A stretch of DNA of 64,000 bases from Malacoraja senta (GCA_038087875.1 JAXLNO010000174.1:124001-188000); one strand, 5' to 3'; positions 38,171 through 51,880 are shown, counted from the stretch's first letter. The notes: generated by a model from the letters alone, not told the origin. A program made the numbers and translations.

Positions 38171-40263
38171 TTTTTTTAAATTATATTTTTATTAGAAGCA
38201 TGTACATATCTTAATCAAAACACATTTTGTATATCAATTACATATTGTTAATATATGAGATTCCAACTATCAAAATAATAGTGGGCCTCATTTATCAATT
38301 TTATATTAACCCTGCTTCTATTTGTTTTTTTTTATAGATAAAAAGTGAGAAGAAGAAACAAAGACACAGTAAAAGAGAATGGAATAATTTAGCGATAATA
38401 CAATTTTGGAGATAGATCCGTAGATTATAAAACATAACTATTCATCTAATCCTGAGTTCGAGCTTCAGTCAGACTTCCGTGCCGGACAAATTTACCCTTT
38501 CAAAATGTCAATAAATGGAGACCATAATCTAGCAAATAATTCTTGTTTGTCAATTAAGACATGTCAAGTTCTTTCCAAATGTAAGGTCTCCGACATCTCC
38601 ATAATCCACGTTTTAATTGAGGGGGTTGTAGCGCCTTTCCAAAATTATTATATACATTTTTTCCCAGTTATTATACTATAATCTAGGAAGTTTATTTGGC
38701 TTGTTGTAAGTTTTAGGCTTTGTTCTGATATTCCTATTATTATTATTATTAATATTTTGAGTCGGAATCCAATTTGATGTTGACAACTTCAGAAATTATT
38801 CAAAAAATATCCGTCCAGAAATTACTGATTTTTTAACAATTTACAAAGGTATGAGGTTAGCCTCTGAGTGCTGACATTTATCACAGATAGGAGAGATATG
38901 TGTGAACATTCTATTTAATTTTGTTTTAGAGTAATGCAGTCTATGTAATACTTTAAATATTTACATAATGTCTGGTATTTAACGAGCATTGATGTATATG
39001 TTGCAGACTTTCGTCCCAAGTATCTTTCGTTATAGGTTGGCCTAATTCATTTTCCCATGTTTGTCTATATAATTCCGTCGGCGGGACCTCATTATCTACG
39101 AGGGTATTATAAATATGAGATATTAATTTATCTGTATTGGGAACAGATCTGTATTTATTCAAACATTCAACAAGAGTTTCTGGTTCTCTATTTCTATAAT
39201 CTTGTGCATTTGATTTAACATAATCTCTAAGTTGTAAATATCTGAAACAGTTCTTTGAGTGGTCCTTAATTCTGTAACTCCTGAAATGAAAGAAAAAAAC
39301 CTTTCCTATGTCCCACCTTTTTAATTCCACAGTGTTTCCATTGTGTAAAACCTTTATACAACACAGAGGGTTTAAATAAAGGATTGTTTACAATGGGACG
39401 AAACAGTGATAAATTATCAAATTTTGAAGTATGTTTTAATTGTTTCCAAGTTCGCATACGACTATATATTATAGGTTTTTCATTATAGGTTTTGTTATTC
39501 AGTTTTCTGGGAGCTAACAGAATCGAGCCAATTTCAAAAGGCAAGCTGTCTTCCTTTTCCATCTTTAACCAGTCTGGTTGCTGGTACATTTCTTCCAACA
39601 AAATGTTCATATTTTTAATATTGACTGCCCAGAAGCAAAACAAATAAAAATGGTAAAGCTAATCCTCCAATCGTCTTGGATTTACATAAATGTTTTTTGC
39701 TTATTCTATGATTCTTATAATCCCAAATAAAACTTGTGACAATGGAATCAACTTTTTTTTTAAATTGGGTTATATCAGAATTGATTGAAAGAGGTACAAT
39801 AATTGCGGGAGAAAGGTCATTTTTATAGCATTAATTCTACCAAACATTGAGATAGGAAGTGTTTTCCATTACTTAATATTCTTATGTACTTTAATCAGTA
39901 AAGGTGGAAAATGTAATTTATATAACGAAGTATGCGTCTTAGTCACATATATTTATAGATATTAAATTTTTTAATTTACTATTTTAAAGGGGGATTGTTG
40001 CAATGTATGTAAATTGAGTTCCATTATTGGCATGATTTCACTTGTATTACAATTAATTCTATATCCCGAAAATAAACCAAATGGGTTATTAGATTTATCA
40101 GGTTTGGGATGCCAGTTTCTGGGTTTGTGACGTATATTAATACATCATCTACATATCAATAAATGTTATTAACTCTATCGTTAGTATTATACCCATATAT
40201 TTCTGGATGGGCTCTAACATTTTCTGCTAATGGTTCAATAGAAAGGGCGAATAATAAGGGGGG
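38171..40263 (-). mobile_element. 5'-truncated degenerate L1 (3' part of ORF2 and tail) inserted in the ERV leader
   Basis: PLLFALSIEPLAENVR at the 5' end, and ORFs 39266-39643 and 38953-39330 homologous to the L1 at 19156-19995. The 3' end CTTCTAATAAAAATATAATTTAAAAAAAA resembles the full-length L1 tail. Confidence 0.9.
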
Positions 40264-40330
40264 TCGCGGGCAGATGTGCGAAAGTTAAGGGCTGTGAGTT
40301 GCTTAGTAGTTGATTCCGTTTTCTACAAAC

Positions 40331-41815
40331 ATGGGAAATCAAGTTGTCGAGATATGACTGACGATTCCTAAAGTCCATTGCAAATAATATGCAGTGAATT
40401 TCCACAGAAAGCTGAGGGATCGAGAAACTTTTCGGCATCATTGAATAAGAAATTAGGGGACAGAACATTGAAGGGAATAACGTATATAGAACGAATTAGT
40501 TGGCAATACAGTAATAGTGAGGTGGTGAAGGGGTTAATGGGATTGTGGAGAAAATATTATGAGGAACGGAAGGCGATTAGAGAAATTATGAGAATGGTGG
40601 ATTGGGATAAAGCAATTTAAAAACTTGGAATAAACAGAAATATGATGAATTACATCGACCTCCAGGCACCAGGGGAGAATGGTTTGGATATATAAGAGAG
40701 CTTAATGAATAAGAAAGAGATAAATCTCCTGAATGGAAACTGGCACCGGTAAATTTAGTGTTTAAGGACCCGATGGTTGGCATTTGCTTTGAAGGGGGGA
40801 AGAATATTTGGAAGATTGAAAAAGTGTTAAATTTAACACCACCTGCAGATTCCACATTAAAGCCTGCTTCACAAACAGCAGCAACTAGAGCACAAGATTC
40901 TTTGACTTCGTCCACTACACTATTTGCAGGTAGTCCAGTAGAACACTTTACCAGGAGTAGAACGAAGAAGTTAGCCCCAGTATTCATGGATAAATATGTT
41001 ATTAAAGACATAATACAGCCACCAGAATATTTCTGCGAGCCTAAACCTAGATGAATTAGACGAGTAGCGGGAAAGAGGCGGGCGTCTTTCGGAAGTTACC
41101 GCAAACCCCCTAGTGAAGAGGGAGATATATCTGAGAGTGAGACAATAATTGAAGAATGCCGAATACTTCCATTGATCCGGCCAGTGCAGCAGGTGCAAAT
41201 AATCCCCATACAATAGATGTACATAACCCATGGAAACCCCACGAGATAATGGCAGTGTTAAGCATGATCCCTGATGGAAAGAAATCACCTTCTTCCTTTG
41301 TAGAATACTTAAGAACTACAATGAGTGTGTATGATGCAGACTCCCGAGAACTAATGGCTACGATACATAGATAATTATTCCAACAAAACACATCAGATTT
41401 CTAGCAGCCTTAGGAAATCCAACACATGAATCATTAGCAAATGCAATAGCAGGCAATGGTGTTAGAGAAGAGGCAGCTCTAACTGTCCTTACGAATATTT
41501 TTCAGAAACTAATTGACCTTGCAAGAATCTTGGATATAAAACCAAAAAAGGGAGCGGGAGCAGATGAGTTATTTGAACGATTTTCAGAACTGTACAGGGA
41601 TCAATCCAGCTGACCTAAATTATCGGAACGGGGAAAATGATCCGCAACACTGTGCCATATTGTCGAACCAATGCGGTTGAATCAAACATATTTAATTATA
41701 TGGCCAGAGCAGTGAGATACCACTGGAAAGATGTTAGAAAGCAGGGAGGTCATCCTGCAGTAAAATCAACGACCGAATATGTGGTTAAAACGGCGCCAAG
41801 TTCTGACTTAGGACC
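40331..41815 (+). pseudogene. ERV gag remnant
   Basis: Starts ATGGGAAATCAA (MGNQ, myristoylation-type start). Capsid-like VHNPWKPHEIMAVLSMIPDGKKSPSSFVEYL, and an MHR-like ILDIKPKKGAGADELFERFSELY at ~41525-41595. Many stops. Confidence 0.75.
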
Positions 41816-41816
41816 A

Positions 41817-42048
41817 TGGAGTCTTCAACTTTCGGATCAGAGGGACACTCGGCGTGAAGAGCTCACACAGGTTGAAACACAAGCATCTTTATTGTTCAGG
41901 TCGTAATCTTCTAAGCAGGTTATTACACTTCACATAGCTACGGCTACTGCCAGGGAGTGGGCAAGTTCTTACATTAGGAATGTTATAATTAGGCGGAGTT
42001 ATAGTTACTAAGCATTCTAATTGGCTAACATGCAATAGCCAATCTACA
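41817..42048 (-). mobile_element. Gypsy 3' LTR (~230 bp)
   Basis: Minus strand TGTAGATT...GACTCCA with internal AATAAA. It is preceded by purine-rich ACAAGAAGATA just downstream of the pol stop. Confidence 0.6.
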
Positions 42049-42143
42049 TATCTTCTTGTATAAATGAAAAGCAAATAAAGCATTACAACTACAACGGGTA
42101 AATAAAATGTTAAATGCAAATCGTCACATTAATAATATTTGGG

Positions 42144-45100
42144 TTAATCATAATCGCCATATCTAACAGGTGGTTTGCTAACCCGCCCGGTCCTCGTACG
42201 GTATGGAGCTGCCTCATCAAACTTTGCCTGCGAAAAGTTGAGGGCGTGGTTTAATGCGCACGACGGGCTATGGGGAGGCACCGTAGGGGAACCCAAGGAA
42301 GACCGTCGCGGGGGCCCGGGGAGCCGGTTCCAAAGGGGAAAGTGGGGGCAGACCGACGCGGGGAGTGGATGGGACTGGCCGCGGCAGATTCTGGAACGGC
42401 TGGAACAGCGATCACTTTAATCTTGAGCGGTGGGGCATCAGGACCCTGGAGCGCCGGGCGCCGGGCGCCGTTCCTTCACAGGAAGGAGTTGTTGACGGTT
42501 GCGTCTATAGATGGTACCACTGACAACGACCAGGTAGGAACGCGGTTCCTTTGAGGGGCCGTAAATCTACACCTGTTTGGTATGTCCTTTGTCTGTCTGT
42601 AGTCCGAGCACTTGCCCATAAATGAGTGGCTTGAGTGCTTTGCTGGTTTTATTGTAACTACGCATCTGTGCGTCTCGATTGGACTGTACGCGCTTTTGTA
42701 CCACAGCGGGGGTAAACGTGACGGGCAACGGAGGTCACGTTCAGCGGTACATCGGGCGCTGGGCTGGAGAACCTAGAATGTTATGTCTAGCAATATTTCG
42801 CAGGTTCAGCACGTCCAGGTAGATATCAGATTGTGCTAAGTAGGAGCGCGCCATGAGTTGATAAACGCTCCGAACAGCAAGCTTGGCAAGTCCATTGGAC
42901 TGTGGATGTTCTGGGCTGCTGGGTCCATGTCCAAAGCTCCACCGTTTTCAAAGTCTTTAAACTTTTGGCTGGTTAATTGGGTCCCGTTGTCAGTCAGACG
43001 ACGAACTGGAATTCCATGGACAGAGAAATGGATCTTGAGCATTTGGACGACTATCTCTGAAGAGATGGTTGGCAGAACGACAATGTCTAACCAGTTAGAG
43101 TACGAGTTCACTAGCATGAAGTAGTGCTTCCCGTGCCAATCAACGATATAGGCAGCCACTGATGACCATGGTAGCGAGGGAGCAGGTTTAGACAGCAGGG
43201 TTGTTTTTTGTTAGTGCGGTGCCTGTCAATTACAGGTCGCGCATGATTCTCTTTTCTCCTGAATATACTTGGACATTTCGGGCCAGTAGATCATTTATTT
43301 CGCACGCTATAAGGTAGCCTCCACGCCCGGGTGACCACCGTGGATTTCCTCATAGTACTCGTTTCGCAGGGATTAGGGGATAACCGTCTTGTGACCATTG
43401 ACAATCACTCCATCCTGTGGTACTAGTTCGTCACGTACCAGGAAGTAGGGTCGTAATTCAAAAGAAGTGTTGGACTGTGTGTTTGGCCACCCGCCTTTGA
43501 TGATGAAAGTAAGCAGTTGGGACGCCTTATCTGCAGCGGTGTGTTCAGCAAGGCGGCGCAAGCGGTCGGTGGGAACAATCGAGACTTTCAGGACGGATAA
43601 TTCGTCCTGTTCGAATGCTTGTTGTTCGCCGGTGGTCTGTGGAGCCCTAGATAAAGTGTGTGTGATGTGCATGTCTTTACCTTTTTTGTAGGCGACGCGA
43701 ATATCAAACCGTTGTAGCTGCATCATCGTATAGAATTTTTTGAGGATGTAACTAGTAGAGTGGATAGGGGAGAACCAGTGGATGTGTTGTATCTGGGCTT
43801 TCGACAAACTCCCACATAAGAGATTAGTATACAAACTTAAAGCACACGGTATTGGGGGTTCAGTATTGATGTGGATAGAGAACTGGCTGGCAAACAGGAA
43901 GCAAAGAGCAGGAATAAACGGGTCCTTTTCACAATGGCAGGCATTGACTAGTGGGGTACCGCAAGGCTCAGTGCTGGGACCCCAGCTATTTACAATTTAT
44001 ATTAATGAACTGGATGAGGGAATTGAAGGCACCATCTCCAAGTTTGCGGATGACACTAAGCTGGGGGGCAGTGTTAGCTGTGAGGAGGATGCTAGGAGAC
44101 TGCAAGGTGACTTCGATAGGCTGGGTGAGTGGGCAAATGTTTGGCAGATGCAGTATAATGTGGATAATTGTGAGGTTATCCATTTTGGTGGCAAAAACAG
44201 GAAAGCAGACTATTATCTAAATGGTGGCCGATTAGGAACAGGGGAGATGCAGCGAGACCTGGGTGTCATGGTACACCAGTCATTGAAAGTAGGCATGCAG
44301 GTGCAGCAGGCATTGAAGAAAGCGAATGGTATGTTAGGTTTCATAGCAAAAGGATTTGATTATAGGAGCAGGGAGGTTCTACTGCAGTTGTACAGGGTCT
44401 TGGTGAGACCACACCTGGAGTATTGCGTACAGTTTTGGTCTCCAAATCTGAGGAAGGACATTATAGCCATAGAGGGAGTGCAGAGAAGGTTCACCAGACT
44501 GATTCCTGGGATGTCAGGACTTTCATATGAAGAAAGACTGGATAGACTTGGCTTATATTCGCTAGAATTTAGGAGATTGAGAGGGGATCTTATAGAAACG
44601 TACAAAATTCTTATGGGGTTGGACAGGCTAGATGCAGGAAGATTGTTCCCGATGTTGGGAACGTCCAGGACAAGGGGTCACAGCTTAAGGATAAGCGGGA
44701 AATCCTTTAAGACCGAGATGAGAAAAAACGTTTTCACACAGAGAGTGGTGAATCTCTGTAACTCTCTGCCACAGAGGGTAGTTGAGGCCAATTCATTGGC
44801 TATATTTAAGAGGGAGTTAGATGTGGCCCTTGTGGCTAAAGGGATCAGGGGGTATGGAGAGAAGGCAGGTACGGGGTACTGAGTTGGATGATCAGCCATG
44901 ATCATATTGAATGGCGGTGCAGGCTCGAAGGGCCGAATGGTCTACTCCTACACCTATTTTCTATGTATCTATGTATCTATGTATCATGCGTTGAAGTCTG
45001 GCTGGGGCAGCATGGATTGGTTTGCTAAGGATAGTGATTAGTGGTTGAAGTTATTGCCAAAAATAAAGTATTTAAATTTTGAACAGGCGAAAACCACGGC

Positions 45101-46030
45101 AAGCAGTTCCTTCTCTATCTGTGCGTATGTCTCTGTGTCTGTTAGGGTGCGCGATGCTTAGGATACTGGCATCACGTCGCCGTTGAAGGAAGTTTGCAGG
45201 AATGCTGCGCCTAGCCCATACTGGGTGCATCGCATGTGATTGTGACTGGCAGATTGATGTTGAAGTATGCCAGGTTTGGTGCACTAGCGAGCTGTAATTT
45301 TAAAGTCTCGAAAGCTCGTTGATGCTGTGTGTACCAATACCAGGTGCCTTACTTGTGGGTCAATTGTCGCAGTGGGGCTGACAATTCGCTGAGTTTGGGG
45401 ATGAATTTGTCCAAAGTAGTTGAACATACCCAAAAATGGTTGTAAGCTGGTGACGTCAGTTGGTACTGGCAGCTCGTTCTTCTTGTTTTTCTTCTTGCGT
45501 ATGGAGTGCACAGCCTAAAGTTGTAGGACAACTTGTTCTATTGGATCTTATTTGATTGTGCACGCCAGGTGGATATCATTGGTTGAAACAGGGCGTACAA
45601 CGTGAAGGTTGCAATCTTCCACCCGGGGAGCTCGTTAATCGCAGCAGTCTTCAGCGGGTCAGGCTTTAACCCTTTGCTGGTGAACACGTGACCAACGTAA
45701 GTGACTTCTGGAACTCTGAACTTGCACTTCAGAGGGTTCAGTTTTAAATTAATGCCTCTGGCACGGTCAAACACCTTTCGAAGGTTGGCATTATGTTCGG
45801 TTGCGTCTCGGCCGTAAACTGGAATGTCGTCAAAAATGTTGGCACAAGGGTATTCTGTGAACAGCTGTGCCATTGCGGGCTGGAAGACTTCACCAGCAGA
45901 GTTGATACCGAAAGGCATTTTTAGAAATCGGTAGCGGCCGAACGGGCTACAGAAAGTTGTTAGCGCAGATGACGCACGGTCTAACGGGATATGCCAGAAA
46001 TAGCTTTTGGCAACGAGGACTGAGAATGTA
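42144..46030 (-). mobile_element. Gypsy (Ty3) LTR retrotransposon pol remnant (RT, RNase H, integrase), split by a CR1 insertion
   Basis: FSVLVAKSYFWHI, PFGRYRFLKMPFGI, IFDDIPVYG, LNPLKCKF, RLQRM|MMQLQRFD, HGGHPG, LTDNGTQ, and C-terminal TRTGRVSKPPVRYGDYD*. Confidence 0.9.
43730..44984 (+). mobile_element. CR1/HER1-type LINE 3' part (RT to tail); ORF 43782-44882
   Basis: SGVPQGSVLGP, KFADDTKL and LVRPHLEYCVQFWSP. Ends in (CTATGTAT)n. It splits the Gypsy RLQRMMMQLQ motif. Confidence 0.95.
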
Positions 46031-46293
46031 ATATAAATTAGGCGAACAGCTGGGAATCCAGCAGCAATTGTATTGTGAGTATCGACCACAGGCTGCGGGA
46101 TTTGAAGAAAAGTTCAGATCAAACCGTTGAAATTAAAATTGACTAAATTAAAGGCAAGATTGAAATTGGTTTGATTAAAGTTACTTCCTAGAGTTTTGCT
46201 TCATACATGATTCATGCCTGTACGGAAATCTAGATTGAGCCCAGCTGAAATCATTGTGATTGATCCCTAAGAAAACCATATAATCAAAATATA

Positions 46294-46656
46294 ATGAAAA
46301 TAATCAACTTCAATCATGTGACTGCGGAGATTCTAGCTTTGACTCCAGTGTTGAGAGAGTTATTTTGTAGAGTAAGAGCAGCATATAGCGAGTGGAATTT
46401 TGTGGAAGGTAGAAGGGAGGAATGCATGGGTACATCTCCACCACTGCCAGAGTATCAATGCAAGTATGGACTGCTAACTTACTTTATTCCAGATTATTTT
46501 AGAAACTTCATTCTCTGCTATGGATCAAGCACAGATGGTCTATCAAGATTGATCGAGGGGATTTGCGCCCATGAAAATTCGGGAAGTGCAGACTCATCAG
46601 ACGGAAATCATGAAGCTAAGCCCACGCAAATTCGGAAAGCCTGTTCACATGTGTGA
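46294..46656 (+). CDS. Putative ERV accessory ORF (120 aa, unknown function) upstream of the 3' LTR
   Basis: ATG-initiated open frame in ERV orientation, between the Gypsy breakpoint and the PPT/LTR. No family recognised. Confidence 0.3.
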   Translation: MKIINFNHVTAEILALTPVLRELFCRVRAAYSEWNFVEGRREECMGTSPPLPEYQCKYGLLTYFIPDYFRNFILCYGSSTDGLSRLIEGICAHENSGSADSSDGNHEAKPTQIRKACSHV

Positions 46657-46761
46657 AAATACATCAACATTTTTTGTTAAGATATCAGTTAAAATAAAGC
46701 AGACACTGTTGTATTTTGGTTATCATTAATGATGGGTTATCATGGTGATACAATGGAGGAA

Positions 46762-47490
46762 TTTTAATACTGGCCAAATTAGAGTTATTATAAAATGGAG
46801 GTTCCTTGCATTTGCAAGGCCTGATTGGACTTTTTCTGTGACTTTTTCAAGCTGCGAGCCGGTGCCTGAATGTCTAGATCCTACATTGTTATTTCAGATA
46901 AGGTGAGGTCCAGATGTCCTTTCCTTTTTAAAAATGTATGATGACTCTGCAGGGAAGCTCAGGGTTATTGCAAATGCATGATCAGTATTGGCCAGCTGCG
47001 GAGGGGTTGTAAATACTGTTAATAATTTTGCAAGGTTTTTCTGCTGCTGTTTGATGAATGGCTGAAGTGAAAGCCTTGTTTCAATTGTTAATACTCCCTG
47101 GGAAAATGTTGCATTAATTCGTCAACTATCTTCTTTCCAGAAGCTTCTGTAGAAACATTGTCATGTGGTACTTTGTAATTGGGTTGGGGAACTGTCAGTA
47201 TTGCTTAAGTTGATCCATATGTGCGATTGGCTTATAGCGGTTGCTACCCCAATGTAGTTCTGCCCTATAGGTTCAGATGACCTATAAAAGATTGAACCCC
47301 ATTAGGATTGTCGCCGAACTTCTGCATGGGCGGTTGGGACTGCATAACCTTTTGAAGGTGTCTGCTTGCACGAGGCTGAAAGGCTTGCGCAAGCAGAGAC
47401 AAGGTTCGGACCCGCAGTGCTTAGGTATTGTATAGGGAGTTCGTTATAGTCTCAAAAATAAATCTTAGTGTTCTAGTGCTTGACACACTG
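46762..47490 (+). mobile_element. ERV 3' LTR (boundaries approximate)
   Basis: Homologous to 35975-36510 (shared CCAGAAGCTTCTGTAGAAACATTG, GACCTATAAAA, ATTGTATAGGGAGTTC). Preceded by purine-rich AATGGAGGAA. Confidence 0.78.
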
Positions 47491-49421
47491 TTTAAGGGGT
47501 AAGATTTAGTTACAGAGCATAATTAGAGAGATAGATAGGTTCTTGATTAGTATTGTTATCAGCAGTTACGTAGTGAAGGCAGGAGAATTGGGTTAAGAGA
47601 TAAAGGTAAATCAGCCATAATTAAATGGTGGAGTAGACTTGATTGTCCGAATAACCTAATTGTGCTCCTATCTCGTATCAACATATGAACTTATGAATTA
47701 ATATCACACGCGAACACACCGATTCAAATGGGCGCACATGACGCTTACAATTTCCCGACCATTACAGAGCAAAATCCTGCCAAACTTGAAGCAAATAAAT
47801 GAAGTTTATACTTCTAGAACACATCCAGATAAATCCGAATTCCGCGAGTTCTCAGTTAACACTCGCTTTGACCAGTTTAATCTAAATTTATTCGGAGATC
47901 GACTGGGTTCTGCAATGTTCCCACGGTAGTGGTGGGCGAAAATTGGGAAGAATCAACCTTGACACAAGGCAAAATTAGACCTTTTGTGCTGGAGATGAGA
48001 AGGATCGCGGGAAAGTTAACTCAAGAGAAGTAGCTGTTAAGTTGAGGCAGATATAATAAACAGTACTGACATGTGTTGAGAGATGATAGATTTCTGAGGT
48101 GCGGACGTCTATGATTCACAAAACACCGGCGTGTAACCAATGCGAAACCCATCGAATGAAGTCTGCCATTCAATTATGCTGACCATTGCCTACCAACCCC
48201 ATTCTCCCAACATTTGTTCGGATCATTGATTTAAAATGTCGTTGTTCCCTTGCCAAACTAGACAGGGCATTGCAGTGTTTGGTACCTAGACCAAATACAG
48301 ACTGCGAGAGTAACTTAGCAGTTGGAGTAGTTTTTGTCTAGGGAATGGATGCGTCGTTTTCAATCAGGGCCTTCCTTCAGATTGAAGAGGTATTAAGGAA
48401 TCTACGGCTATATACATTTGCTATCTTCGTTTACGTAAGGAAGCTTATGAATTCGTAAGAATTTAGAGCTGGTTCGATTGATTGATAACTGAAATGGACG
48501 GTGTCTCAGCCAGGATTGCGCCGTAAATCGTTTTACTCAAGTTGTTTAGTAATAATGAAATACATTCAAGCAAGTACATCGTTGAGAGGTGTTCAAGGGA
48601 ATGTTGAGGGAAGAATGAAATGGTGTAATGTAGACGTCTAGATACTGAAAATCAGAGAAATGTCCAGGGAAATGTCCAGGGACAACACTGGAAATCCATT
48701 TAGAGAAAACCTAGTTATAGCGGAGCATGGAGGGGAGAGGGGTGTACTTTAGTCCTTTATCGCAGTTTGTCCGCAAAAAAAGAGTACGTTATTATCATTG
48801 TATAGGTAGAAGGAACAAACGACTGCAGTTGCTCGTTAATACTAAAAAGGAGACCAATTGCTCGAATAACACAGCAGTTCGAGCATCATAACTGGAGAAT
48901 ATGTATAGGCAACATTTCAGGTCGGGACCCTTCTTCAGACGCTTTGTCTTGTATCCAGGTGAGTTGATGTGATTAATACGTCCAGTGGCCGGCGTGTGCG
49001 TGGTGGTACGAACGCCCCATGTCTCACCTATATTGTTCTGTCATTCTATGAAATGTCAGAACTGTGAAAGGTCAATCTGATGCCAAACTATTTTTGTATG
49101 CACTTAAAGTCGTTTCTAGCGATCTCACTACATGAACAAAATAAAAGAGAAAATTAACGAACCGAAAATGGGTCAGGCCTTATCACTGGAACGTACAACG
49201 AAGGGAAGAACGATGGCAGATAGTGGTACCTGCAGCACAAAAGACAAAGTGTTTGAGTAATTTAATGGATCAGGAAGGAACCGTGGTAGGATATTAATGA
49301 ACAACTTTTCAGAACCATGATTGTTCCAGATGCCAAACGTTCAGTTTAGATCAGTTTCTTTATTGTCACGAGTTCCAACGAGAAAAAATGGTTGAGCGCT
49401 ATCCACTCAACGGAAAGACAA

Positions 49422-49932
<511 letters not shown>

Positions 49933-49940
<8 letters not shown>

Positions 49941-51380
49941 TACATTACTAAAACTCTGATCTATTTATCTTTCAGTTTGCGCGGTATTTCCATTTGTGCA
50001 AAATCGATAGACGATTGCGATAGGATTTTTCGCCAGCTCACTCGCCGATCTCCTGTGCTGCGAGTGCAACAAGTTTCGTTCCGATGGGTGGAATGTCGTA
50101 AAAGGTAGCGAGGTTTAAATATCTTAAAAACCGCGCGTGGGCAGATCGATCTCTTCTCCTGTCACTCCCCGTGACGATCCTCCCCTTCCCGAGCCATCTC
50201 GACTTTACTGCAGCTAAGGATGGCCGATGGAGGTCTCCAACTGGACAGTTTTCGTAGGGACCCGAAGCGACTCGAACCAGCCCAGCCCGAACCAAGCCAG
50301 CCCGAACAAGCCCAGCCCGAACCAGCCCAGCATCGGAGACCCATCCCACGTGGGAAACCCAGCCCAGAGTCGGAGACCCAGCCGGCGTCGGAGATGCGAC
50401 CCAGACCTGCGTCGGAGATCCGACCCAGCCCAGCGTCGGAGACCCGACCCAGCTCAGCGATTGAGACCCCACCCTGCCCAGCAACAGATACACCACACAG
50501 GCCAGCGTCGGAGACCCAGCCGAGACCAGCACAGCCCAGCGCCGGAAACCCAGCCCAGCCGAGAGTCGGAGACCCATCCCAGCCCAGCAATGAATCGGAG
50601 GCCCAGCCCAGCCCAGCCCAGCCCGGCGTCTGATACCCAGCCGAGCACCCCCCAGACCAGCCCACAGTGGGATTCACAGCACAGCCCTGCCCGGTGTGTC
50701 AAATGTCGCCCATGCCGTCATACGGAAAGCGGAGACTATGTTCCCGGCAGAAGAGAACGACCAGTGAGCAGCGCCCGCTGTGGGTCCCCATCGCACCGCC
50801 AGCTACATCCCCTAACCCTCTTCTCCCTCTCGTTGCTCCTGCCCCCCTCCCCCGTGATAAACACCTCTGCCCCCGTCTTTTCTCCGAGCTCACTCCCCCC
50901 TCCCTCCCTGCCCCTTCCCACACAACTCCCTCCCCCCCGCCAGACACACGCTTCCCACCACAACACCCAACACACTGCCCACCGCCGCCCACACACTGCC
51001 CTCACCCACAACACCCCGCCATCACACTAATCCCCCCACAACCACACCCCGCCACACACCCACCACGTCCCACCCCACGCTCTGCCCACATGCACACCCC
51101 GCGAACACATACAGCCCCCCGCCCACCCATCCTCCTCCCACACACACACACAGCCTCACGCACACAAATACCCTACCCCCTCCCACATCACTTTCGCCCA
51201 CATACACATCTCCGCTAACATCCCACAACCCCCCGCCCAAACCACCCCGGCCGCACACCCATACCTCCCGCAACCCCCTTCCCCACCCTCGCACCGCTCT
51301 CCCCCGCACTCACACTGCCCACTCCCGCCCTCACACCCCCTCCGCCCACCACCCCCTCCGCCAAATCCCCCCTCTGCAAC
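49933..51380 (+). mobile_element. Helitron-like non-autonomous element 5' part with internal CCCAG-rich tandem repeats
   Basis: The start TCTATCTATACATTACTAAAACTCTG resembles the heads at 35929 and 62137. CCCAGCCCAGC..GGAGAC repeats at 50270-50670, then a C-rich tract. Confidence 0.45.
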
Positions 51381-51419
51381 AGGCACCCTGGGAGATGCTA
51401 ACTAAAGTCCGAAGGGCCA

Positions 51420-51880
51420 GGTGTCACTGTGCTGTTGGCCATCTCCGCGATGCGACAAAGAATGCATTCAGTTCATCGGATAGGGTCGCACAATCACTAA
51501 TAACGTAGCCTGAGTTCGCTTTGCAGCCAGTTATCTTATTCAGACATTGCCAAATTCTCCTTATGTCAAAGTAATTATACAGGAACTCACGTTTCTCCCG
51601 GTATTATCTCTTGGCATCCTCGATGGCATTGTGGTGATCGCAGCGGGCGTTCTTAACGTTCGTCCTTTGCCTATTCTCTCCGCAATTAAGGACAGACCAG
51701 TTGTGTTCTTCAGCAAATTGTAAACCGTAGTTATATTTTTAGCTGAAAATTCTTTGGAGATGTTATCCAACTACTATGTGTTTCCAACATTTGATCTTAT
51801 ATTTCAGTATTTCGCCAAGTGAACTTAGAATCATACAGGCATGTAGCACTGAAGCAGATCCTTCGAACCAGCACGTCTTC
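51420..51880 (-). mobile_element. Degenerate Rex1/Babar-like LINE ORF fragment
   Basis: Hand translation gives KNARCDHHNAIEDAKR*YREK...RRIWQCLNKITGCK...LSDELNAFF, matching the inter-domain region of Rex-Babar ORFs. Confidence 0.65.

Larger units (their letters stand above)
35975..47490 (+). mobile_element. Degenerate class I-like endogenous retrovirus (LTR-PBS-long leader-gag-[pol/env not seen]-ORF-LTR) with nested insertions
   Basis: Paired LTRs, tRNA-Pro PBS and gag motifs. Confidence 0.8.

Noticed and set aside
47500..49400. Possible extra exons or immune-receptor RSS motifs
   Set aside because: Only short degenerate repeat fragments were recognisable; I found no convincing heptamer-nonamer pair or exon.
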